Shown here one piece after another: positions 38,101 through 47,859 of a DNA stretch of 64,000 bases; within the stretch, counting starts at the first letter, position 1, and each line of letters starts with the position of its first letter. The stretch lies in the NCBI RefSeq assembly GCF_000143415.4, contig NW_003314273.1, positions 1,456,052 to 1,520,051 of the forward strand, read 5' to 3'. The DNA comes from Selaginella moellendorffii (Eukaryota > Plantae > Lycopodiophyta). A model generated the notes under the pieces. That model saw only the letters and a list, made by a program, of their open reading frames with translations, did no database searches and was not told the origin of the DNA. A program made the position numbers and the translations under genes.

Positions 38101-40005
38101 CGCGTCGAAGAAGGACAAATAGACAAGCAATAGGACAAAAGGAGGTACAAATTATATTTGCAATGGCGTGTGGTCTCATGCCATTCCTTGTAGGAGACAC
38201 TTCTTCAAAGGCAAAACAGGCAAGCACCAGCCAAGCTCAAACTGACAGTGGTCATAAAAAGTGAAAGCACGTTGGACAGTCGTCAGGATCAGAGGCGTTT
38301 GATTCGAAAAGGAAGAAGGGCAACGAAAAGATGATAGGTAATGCCTCGCGATTATGGCGTGTGTGCTCATGCCATTCATTGCAGATCAAGGGCTGAGTGA
38401 AAGGAGCCAGTCACCACCTCCTGACTCAGATTCCTATGGCGAACTCCCCTTCCCCAATCTCAATGGAGAGGTACAATGGATGAGGGATGCTTTTCAAGTC
38501 AGGGCCACGTTTTTCTCATCTTGTCGTCTTCGAAGGGTGCAAGAACGTGCAGAAACCATGTTAAGACAGTCGGGTGAGGATACGGTCCTAGGTCAAGCAC
38601 TAAAACAGGCTATGGATGTCTTGTATTTTGAGATGGAGACTCGGCCAGATGATTTTCCCAAGATGGTCCTCGAAGAACAAGCCATCCAGCCTGAGCAGCC
38701 TATGGAAGAAATGCAGGAGGGGGATGAGGAGCCAGAGAAAGATAATGAGCAGGAAGAGCAGAAGGACGAAGAGGAGGACAAAGAAGAGGAGGACGAAGAA
38801 GAGGAGGACGAAGAGGACTTGGATGGTCCTCACAATGGTGACGATCACAATAACGACGATGACGATGATGACGACAATGGCCAACCTGAGGTGGCCAAAG
38901 AGCAGCGGAGGAAGGTCATACAAGACAAACCATCAGGTAAATAATAGTACATCCATTCCTAACCTTTTACCATTTCTAACATTGTCCATGTAGGTCGTAG
39001 AAGAAATGGTAAGTAGAGATTATTCAGTTGAATTAAGATACAAACTCTAGCCTTTAGTGTCGAGGAAGGATAGTGCCAAGCAAGGGTCGAAACGTATGTC
39101 CAATCCTTCAGAATCAGCAGTGCGCCCAAGTGATATCGGTCCTAGTTCCTCAATAGCAGTTGATGGTAAATACAGTATAGTCGATTCAATGTGCTAATGA
39201 GTTTGTTTTTAGTAGCCAGTAGGGAGGATACCATCTCAATCGAAGGGAGATATTTGGACATGCATATGGATCCGCCAGTGGACTCTACTTGCCTGCAAGA
39301 GTCATTAGAGCTGGTGGAGGCTACTATCCATATCAACGCCAAGCAAGCTGACCACGCTCCACTTGATGCTGCCCATACCACTGAGTCAATCTTGTCCACG
39401 TATCCAACTGACGGTGACCAGGCGCCATTGGACCCGCATGAGGCCGCCCCAGCCGCTGAGCCGGTCGTATCCTCATTTCCAACGTGTGCCCAATCGTCTG
39501 ACTACGCGCCATTGGAACCTCCCTACACCGCCCCTGCTGCCTGTTCGGTCATGTCCACTTTGCCAACGGAGGCACCAGCTGAAATGGCGTGTGATCACAC
39601 GGCATCGGAACCACCCCATGCCACTGTTGAGCCAGTTGTACCAGAGTCTACAGCTGAAATGGCATGTGCCCACACGCCATCGGATGCGATTGACCCCACA
39701 TTGCAGAGGAGAGTATTTCCGCCCTTCACGTTTCCTCGACCAAAACCCTCTCAACGACCATCGGGAGCACCATTCGCTAATATTGTAGATGGTAAAATTG
39801 ACTTGTACCATTTTTTATGCTGACGCATTTCATTTCAGAGTCACGGCGAAGGTACTGTATCGTTTTTGATCTGAACGGTGTCCTTTTCTCCCATGAGCGT
39901 GGCTTGTCCTCGAATGTCACTGCACCCTCCAAAGCCTGCGGTCGCAAGTTGGTCAAAAGAGACAGATTCACATTAATCACACGGGAGAAACTGCGGGATC
40001 TAATA
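35108..40005 (+). CDS. Multi-exon gene: ParB/Sulfiredoxin-like domain, possible degenerate DNA methyltransferase fold, acidic/Pro-rich linker and FCP1-like HAD domain (one stop at 37771, truncated at 3' end)
   Basis: ATG|gtaagt at 35108 spliced to ..gaacag|GCGAGG (35351) enters the 814-aa ORF 35329-37773. ParB-like VYTIDVRRIDI..NHRLVSDEWVEKLKQKM..FYAVSGQHSSLAM..IYISHAQN. Tiny introns at 36529-36582, 38017-38054, 38145-38193, 38338-38384 and 39792-39838. Last exon reads YCIVFDLNGVL. The downstream exon chain was not fully verified. Confidence 0.65.
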
Positions 40006-43000
40006 ATACTATACTTTTGGAACCCCCCGCATCCCCCCCCCCCCCCCCCCCTGGGGGACGATCGCTTTGGGCTTTCACCCAACTGCCTGTATTAGTATTC
40101 GGACTCGGACTCAGGCTCGAACTCGGACTCGGACTCGGTCTCGGTCCCGGTTTCAGACTCGGACTCGGTCTCGGTCTCAATCTCGGCCTCGGTCTCGGTC
40201 TCGGTCTCGGTTCCATCTCGGACTCCATCTCGGACTCCATCTCGGACTCCATCTCGGGTCCATCTCGGGTCCATCTCAGACTCCATCTCGGGTCCATCTC
40301 AAACTCCATCTCAGACTCCATCTCAGACTCCATCTCGAACTCCATCTCAGGTCCATCTTGGACTCCATCTCAGACTCCATCTCGGGTCCATCTCGGACTC
40401 CACTTCGGGTCCATCTCGGACTCCATCTGGGACTCCACTTCGGGTCCATCTCGGACTCCATCTTGGACTCCACTTCGGGTCCATCTCGGACTCCGTCTCG
40501 GACTCCACTTTGGGTCCATCTCGGACACTTCCTCGTGTCATGTGTTGGTCCTTTTTGGGTCCCTTTTTGGAGCCTTGCTTATTGGTTGCCTTGTGCTCGC
40601 TCCTCGAGCACTTTGTTGGGGGTTCCACTCCCGCTCTCGACCTTCCAAGTCGGAGCTTTTAGTCCAAATGTGTTATGCTCGTTTGGCTTTCGCTTCTGCC
40701 ACTACCATGTGGCGCCCTTTCCGACTCCACTTTGGGGCCTAGGGATTTTGTGTCTCACAACTCCACCACCCATAGACGAAGTTCGATGTCCTCATCAAAC
40801 AGTAAACCCTTTTATAAAGTAACACCCACATGTATTACCGTTTCCATCCTTGGCCCCCGGCCAATATTTGTCATGGTTTGACACCAAAGGCTCACCATGC
40901 CTTGTCCATCCTCTAAGGAGCATAGTCTCTCTAACTTAGAGACTCATTCGGCCACTTAGGGTGGTTTGCTCCCTTTTATTGGTTCAATTCTTGTTAAACC
41001 CATTAAAGACATCGTCTCTAACTCAATTCCACTACTCATTCTCTAGTAGTCTCAGATTCTATCGACATAACCTTTGCACTTTGGAACGTTTACTTTTGAC
41101 TTCTTGAAGTCAATTTCCTAGGTGTCTCCGACACCTTGCATTGCACATATCATGCAAGTCCACTTCCCTATCTTAGGAAGTCCTCTACTTGAGGGCACCA
41201 TCATCCTCTTTTCTATTTTGTGCCACCCTTGGCACTATGTTCCAATTATCATCGTTTGTGCCAGGGCTGTCCACAGCCCTATCCTTTGGCTACTTTGCCG
41301 CTCCTCACTTGAAGCATTTACTTTGCCAAATTGGAGCACTTGGGAATCTAACCTTGGAAGTTCACTTCCTTTCGCGCAATCTGTTAGCATCAAACACATT
41401 AGTGTTCCTTGGCTAACCTTGCCATTTGGATTCCTCCCATTAAATTCCATGGCCCAAACTTCGCTACTAGTCTTTTGCTCCTATCCATTGATTGTTGCAT
41501 CAAGCACCAAAGGATCACTACCTCCCTCCTTGAGGTATTCTTTTGGTTCCATGGCAAAGCTCCACTTCGCCAAGTCCAGAGGGTGCTCATCCCTAGTAGG
41601 TCTCTTTAGCAACTTCTGTTATGGGCCCCTTCCACGGCCTAACATTGTGACCCTCTCATAGGTCCTTTCTAGAGACTACTTTCTTGAACTCACAATACCA
41701 TTGTATTGTCGTAGTTCATTTCCCTTAGGTGTCCTTCCCACTTGGTCACCCACTTCCCACTTGGTTTGCCAATAGGTACTAGGTCTCCCAGACCTTTAAC
41801 TTGTTGACCATGACCCCGGGGGCATCCCCCACACTTGGCGGTGTGCCCAAGCCCAAGGGTCCATAGCAATTGAGACTGGGTGTCCCCATCTCATTCACCA
41901 CGTCCTTGGTGCCACTCGCACCAAAGTGTTCAAGTTAGATATGCCGAGCCACACTAAGCAATCTAACCATGTATCACGACTCCGGAGCATCCCCCGCTTG
42001 GCGGTGTGCCCAAGCCAGTCTCCTCACTGAGAGTCCATGACCACCGAAATATGAGTGTCCTCATATTCCAAACCATCACCACGCCCTAATGATTTGGGAC
42101 TCGAACCCAAGCACTAGAGGGTCAGGACTCAAACCCAACCTTCGTATATGCATCTACGGACGGCATCACCCAGGATGCCTGGCGTGACTCATCACGCCGG
42201 TGCACCAACTTATACTTAAAGCGTGCTATAGATCACAGCTTAAGAACCTAGTTCCTCCGCACTGCCAAGTCCTCTCACTTGACAAGTCTGTGATCCTGCA
42301 TGGACTCCTCCATGCTTGGCCCCATAGCCCACCCTTTTTTAAGTTATCACCTTCAACTAAAGTATTTGTTCCCCCGACTTGCCAATCTCGTTTGGCAAGT
42401 CCTCCGGCCACTGTAACATGGTTCTTGCATAAGCGTGAAAGTCCTTGACCATCGACCTTCGTTCAAAGCCCTCTCTTTGAACACTCGGGAATTACTTCCC
42501 TAACCTTGATAGCCTTGCCTCATGGCAAGCTTCAAGACCATGCTTTTGCTGTGCCACTTTGATTTCGCGCGTTCCATGAACCATTTACACTTGGCCTTTC
42601 TAGGTACTAAGCTACCTAGAATCGTCTTTGGGAACCTTGAAGCAACTCTGTCCCTTAGCTTGCTAAGGCCTCCCTTTTCGCAAGCTTTATAGTTGCCATA
42701 TAGTCTAACATGGACAATTCCATATTTTAGACTCTCCATGGCATCACGGTTGCTAGCAACAACATCCTCGAGCACCCTCTTGATTCTCCACTCTCAACTT
42801 GCATAACCACCGTTGGATATGCCCTTCGATTTCTATGATTCAGTTCCATCATAATACTACTTGCCTTTTGGTCCCATATGTTTCCTTTGGTTATTCTCCT
42901 CCAGACTAGGAGGATAGCTTTGCACATTTTACTATGCCTTAGCAAGTATTCTTAGGGATGAACTTACCCGATAGCCTAGGGAGTGGTTCCTCAATCTTGG

Positions 43001-43370
43001 GCATGCTCACGTTATAATCCAACACATGGGGATTAACATTATTGCTTATGGGCCTTTACATGCCCATCACTAGCCTTGCCAAAATTCCATTTTTGGCACT
43101 GTCCAATTCGGGTAGACAGTCTTCTCCTGTCTTCACAACCTTGGACATTTGGATAACACCTACTATCCATCATTTGCTAGGGACTTAGTCCCTTGGGCCT
43201 TATCTATTGCCCTTGCGACACGAAATACCACTTCTTGGTGTTCTAGAGTGTTTGGGTGTCCCAATAATGGCCTTCTGACAATGAGCATTCCTGTTTACGA
43301 CATTAACTTACTACATTGCAACATAAGCAATTTATCCCCCGTAAGGGTATATCTAACTTCTTTATGCCAT
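40006..43370 (-). mobile_element. LTR family A: truncated LTR start, PPT, tandem-repeat 3' region and internal sequence
   Basis: LTR 5' tip at 40006-40031, poly-C (PPT on minus strand) at 40033-40052, repeat array at 40095-40530. Internal sequence is colinear with 53100-53826 plus 61772-62480. Confidence 0.8.
40095..40530 (-). repeat. Hexamer/12-mer array (CTCGGA, CTCGGT, CTCGGACTCCAT)
   Basis: Directly visible; it produces the RS/GL/SD-rich spurious ORFs. Confidence 0.95.
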
Positions 43371-43387
43371 TAAGAAGTCTTAAGAAG

Positions 43388-46300
43388 CACATTAGCAACT
43401 TAAGGTTACAATTTGAGTTGGCAGGATTAATATTAGCCTATTGGTGGTTCCATGAGTTGTTCTATGTACTGTGGGTGAAAGTAAACCTTCCCTGGGTTTG
43501 CTAAGAGTGGTAAATATGCTGGTTCGTAGTTGTTTAGCATGGCACTAGTGGATCCTTCCTAGGCATGATAATAAATGGATCAATCAAGATTATAGGGATT
43601 AGTCTATTGGTTTAAGTAGTCATTATCATGTTCTCTCATAAACTTTTCTTGGATTGGACAGAAGGCAATGCTAATGCAAGCTGAAGGCTTGGTCAAAGTT
43701 AAGACCGAAAAGAAAGTTAACTAAGACGAAGGATTAAACACGTAAATTATTTTCTCTTCTTGGAGAGATGAATTGCAACAAGGTGTGACTTATTGCTCAT
43801 GTTCACATCATATAATCAAGAGTTCCTACTTTGATGTATGTTGGAAATGATGGTCTTACCAGTGGTGAGTTGTGGGATGGATAGCGGTAAAGTGTTAAAC
43901 CATTTTATCTAGGCTTACTATTGAAGACTTGGGTTACAATGCTTAATTCTTTTCTAGGGAATCTTGCTATTGCTCCTTGAGTAGCTTGGTGTTAGATTAT
44001 TTTTGAGTTTGAGTGGTATGAACTTGTCCATATTGTCAATGGGGCTTTTCATATTTATCCTCTTGAAAACCATAGAGGTCCAGTTTTGACATGCTCGAAA
44101 CTGGCAAAGAGCATATGGGGGGGGTTGTGATGAGGGGAGGATCCCTAGAACTAGAGTTCGGTTCGGTTCTGTGCAGGTCAGATCAAGGAACTAGAGTCCG
44201 GTTCTGTGCTGCCCAAATCCGTGCCACTCACTCCGCAAATGCATGCTCCCTATCCGCACTGGTGGTGAACTTCGCGCCTTATCCATGGTCCCCAGCCTCA
44301 TCTCTCCCATGTGGTTGCATCTACCGATGTGAAGGACTTGAGTCGATCGTGAGATCAGTGAAGGTACACCACCCTTGCTTGATCTCCATCTGTATGACGC
44401 CTACAGTTTCCAAGAGATATAAGAAGCCCCTGGAGATGTACTGTCCTGGATCCCACAGTGCGGTGAACTGAGGAGGAGTGTGCCGTCTCCGGTAATGGTG
44501 ATGCTGCTGCTGCCTGGAAGTCCTCTCCTCGCTGCTGTGTGACTGATCCCCTCCAACTGGGATTGCTGTTTCCAGCCTCCCATCAGGCCGTGCAAGTGTA
44601 GTGCTGCCACGCCAGTCCCACGGCCTCATACCAGTGTAGCCGTACCCTTGGCGCTATCCATCTGGAATCACGACCAAAGGCGAGCCGCTCCTTTCGGATC
44701 CGGGTTAACTTGTCCATATTGTGAAAAAACATTAGTGGTGTTGGGTGTTGTGAATCTTTATTATTAGGGTGTAGCATTTATATTGCATTTTGTCGAATCG
44801 AGTTTGCATTTGGTACTCGCGTAAAATTTGTAGTAGTGACATAGACATTTCTCGTGGTGTTGCTTGATTGATGATCAAGTCATTATGATTCTTATATTAT
44901 ATCTATGTGATAGTAATGTGTTTATGAAGTTGCTTAGTTAAACAATGATCAACCCCAAAGTGGTTGATAGTGAAGCTAGTCTACTTACACATAATAACAT
45001 TGAAGTAGCTTTGACTAAATTCTCAATAATGATCCATTATGCTAAGTGTAAGTTGGTTCTTTGTCCTTGAAAGTTTGCCCATTAGGTGTTGGAAAGGGTT
45101 ATAGCATTCACTTGCTATGGCTTGTTGGTTTATCTGTTAGCACTTATAGAGTAGATTGTTAGATGGAAAAGATGTGTAGTTGAAACATTGATATTACTAG
45201 CACTTGTGTTAATGGAAGTGACATTTTATTTTGAGTGATAAGGAATTTTCTTTAGAACTTGATTTTCCATATCATTTTTCTTATTAGTGTTTTGGTTACA
45301 CGTTGGATCTTAAATGTGGTTGAAGAAGAGTGTTAGTGCAATGTGGATATCTGAAGATATGATCTTCATGATCAAGTCTTGGATATTTATTTTACATTTT
45401 ATAAATGTCAATTTTAAATTTGGAATTATGGGCATGATGTTCGATGCTTAAATATGCTGTTGGGTCATGAGAATTTATGTTGAGGTGAACTTATATAAAG
45501 GTTTAGGTAGGAGGAAGTTGGTTGAGTCTTAAAAGTTTATATTCTTAAACTATGAGTTATTTTTTCTTTAGAATGGAAACTTTCCACAAATTTTCTTAGA
45601 TTTTTCCAATGGCTAATCTATTGATCATTTTGCTCAAGAATCATTCCATTTTCATAAGCTAGTGCAAACTAGTGAAAGGGTTAGAGTTGACTTCAATTGG
45701 CTTAAACTTTAGTAAGTAGTTTGTATGATATGGCCCAAAAAAGATGTTAAATTTTGAGGCTAAAGCAATTGAGTTGAATAGAGTCTAAAGTTAGTGTAGA
45801 AAAGTGGTCATTGCACTTTTTTACAAAGATGACCCTTGTGTTTTTCTTCTGTAGCGTTATGTTTGGTGGCAGGTTGCACCTTGCATTTTATTATATTCTA
45901 TGAGAGTAGTGAACTCTTACTAATCTTGACTTGGTTTTGGTAGCTTTGCACCTTGGCTAAGGATAATGATGTCCAACTTAGTTGTTTGAAGTTGAGATGT
46001 TATTACCTGTATTATAGTTTTGTCTATTAGGAGGTTGTGTACCAATATAAGGCCATCTTATAATCTTCACTTAATTTTTGGCTGAGTGTTAATCATGCAT
46101 AGCTAGCCTCTTCAAAGCATGCTCAGAGCTATTAGTTAAACGTATTAGTGAGTTTATTGCAGTTGAGTTGGATTCAAGTAGTCATTTAGTTCGTGTTTGT
46201 CCATATTCCTATATCTCATATATGGGGTATTACATTTATGTTAAACAAATATATAACTTGATGACATGAGTTTAATATTTAGGTTTTGTGAAGGCAAGTT

Positions 46301-46520
46301 GAAAAGTGATTGTTGGTTGCTTTGCAACTAATGATTGCTTATAGACTTCGTCGAGGACTGTAACACTTGCTTCACTCAATGATGATTTAGTAGTGATGGG
46401 CTTGCTTTACCAGATGGTATTGCAGAGGATCATATCATGGCTTGCATAGTTTTTCCATGTTGGCATTTCAATTCCTTTGTCAATATCATTTAGTTACATT
46501 TAGTCTGTGGTGTTGCATTT
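43388..46520 (+). mobile_element. LTR family B non-coding internal region (older copy)
   Basis: Reverse-complement match to 47860-50260, e.g. attagcaacttaaggttaca at 43391 vs ~50237-50256. Confidence 0.75.
44037..44706 (-). mobile_element. 670-bp insertion with 16-bp TSD (5'-truncated non-LTR retroelement or retrocopy)
   Basis: aacttgtccatattgt is duplicated at 44021-44036 and 44707-44722. The sister copy (~49570-49600) has the empty site. Strand is a guess from the minus-strand ORFs. Confidence 0.8.
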
Positions 46521-46529
46521 CATAGAGTC

Positions 46530-47822
46530 TTGGATGTGGTTGTGAGACACAAAATCCCTAGGCCCCAAAGTGGAGCCGGAAGGGCGCCACATGGTAGTGG
46601 CCGAAGCGAGAGCCAAACGAGCGTAACACGTTTGGACCAAAAGCTTCCACTTGAAAAGTCAAGAGCGGGAGTGGAACTCCCAACTTCGTGCTCGAGGAAC
46701 GAGCACGAAGCGAGCAAAAGGCGAGGCTCCAAAAAGGGAACCAAAAGGGCCAACACATGACACGTGGGAGTGTCCGAGATGGACTCGAGTTGGAGTCCGA
46801 AGTGGAGTCCGAGATGGACCCGAGTTGGAGTCCGAAGTGGAGTCCGAGATGGACCCGAGATGGAGTCCGAGATGGAGTCCGAAGTGGAGTCCGAGGTGGA
46901 CCCGAGATGGACTCGAGTTGGAGTCCGAAGTGGAGTCCGAGATGGACCCGAGATGGAGTCCGAGATGGAGTCCGAGATGGAGTCCGAGGTGGACCCGAGA
47001 TGGACCCGAAATGGAGTCCGAGATGGACCCGAGATAGAGTCCGAGATGGAGTCCGGGATGGACCCGAGATGGACCCAAGATGGAGTCCGAGATGGAGTCC
47101 GAGATGGAGTCCAAGATGGAGTCCGAGATGGAGTCCGAGATGGAGTCCGAAGTCGAGACCGAGACCGAGACCGAGACCGAGCTCGAGACCGAGCCCGAGC
47201 CCAAGTCCGAGTCCGAGTCCGAATCCGAATCCGAGTCCGAGTCCGAGTCCGAGTCCGAGTCCGGAGCCTGAGAGGGTGAAAGCCCAAAGCGTTCGTCTCC
47301 CAGACCCTGGGGGGTTTGGTGAGCTCCAAAAGTATAGTAGGGGGAGGACTGCAGTGGAGCCAGTTTGGCCAGGAAAGGCCAGTTTGGCCAGGAAAGGCCA
47401 GTTTGGCCCAGGAAGGCCGGACCCAGTGTTGGGTGATGAGCTGCCCACTGGGAAGTCTAAGACTAGAGTGAACACGGACCGACAAGCGGGGTAGCTTGGT
47501 GAAGTGTTCAAGAGCCGGCTTTAGTTCCCCCGGGAGATCGACTGGCCGATGCTCCCAGTCCAAGTGTGGGTGGCACTACCTACTTGGATACCTGGTGTGG
47601 CTCAACGGAACCTCGCTCTAAGCCCATGGCTAGAGCACCTAAAGACGAAAGGCGGGGAGAGTACCCATGAGGCTTGCGTAAGGCCACGGTGTTCCGAAAT
47701 GGTGTCCCAAAGTCCCAGATTGTGGAAAGGAAGAGGGGTAGCCCTCCGGTGTGGTGACCAAGGACACAGTCACACAGTGAGGAAGTCCTAGAGGATAGTG
47801 GGACTTAGTGGTCGGGCCATGT
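46530..47822 (+). mobile_element. LTR family A 3' internal region, repeat array, PPT and partial LTR (young copy)
   Basis: Array at 46770-47270, gggtgaaagcccaaagcg at ~47274, and LTR sequence ccaaaagtatagtagg onward to ~47822. CpG-rich. Confidence 0.85.
46770..47270 (+). repeat. GGAGTCCGAGAT 12-mer and GAGACC/GAGTCC hexamer array
   Basis: Directly visible, near-perfect units. Confidence 0.95.
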
Positions 47823-47859
47823 AAGTTAAACCCATGTAGAAAACCCATGTAAGTCAAAT

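Larger units (their letters stand above)
27688..39680. repeat. Dispersed 22-bp palindrome ATGGCRTG-N6-CAYGCCAT, about 25 copies
   Basis: Copies start at 27688, 28093, 28691, 28851, 28997, 30339, 30396, 32242, 32312, 32410 (perfect ATGGCATGAGGCCTCATGCCAT), 33022, 33097, 33954, 34033, 34192, 34327, 35136, 35213, 35273, 36550, 38022, 38163, 38354, 39584 and 39659. Half-sites at ~28010 and ~28505. Confidence 0.95.
27461..40005. mobile_element. Large two-gene DNA transposon-like element (Sola-like DDE transposase and ParB-like multidomain gene), inserted into an LTR and right-truncated
   Basis: Flanked on both sides by pieces of the same family A LTR (27111-27460 and 40006-40031). Divergent genes and an element-restricted 22-bp palindrome. 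TIR/TSD could not be recovered. Confidence 0.75.

Noticed and set aside
27688-39680. Palindromic repeats as a CRISPR array or integron attC sites
   Set aside because: Spacing is irregular (tens of bp to kb), copies lie in introns and exons, no cas or integrase genes are present, and the context is eukaryotic.
40017-40822. Long RS/GL/SD-rich ORFs (also 46520-47563, 24649-25007, 62520-62883) resembling SR proteins
   Set aside because: They are translations of the stop-free hexamer/12-mer array, open in several frames on both strands.
41200-41650. Gag/protease remnant in LTR family A (LVLDATING..)
   Set aside because: No catalytic DSG/DTG and no RT or integrase nearby; too weak to call.
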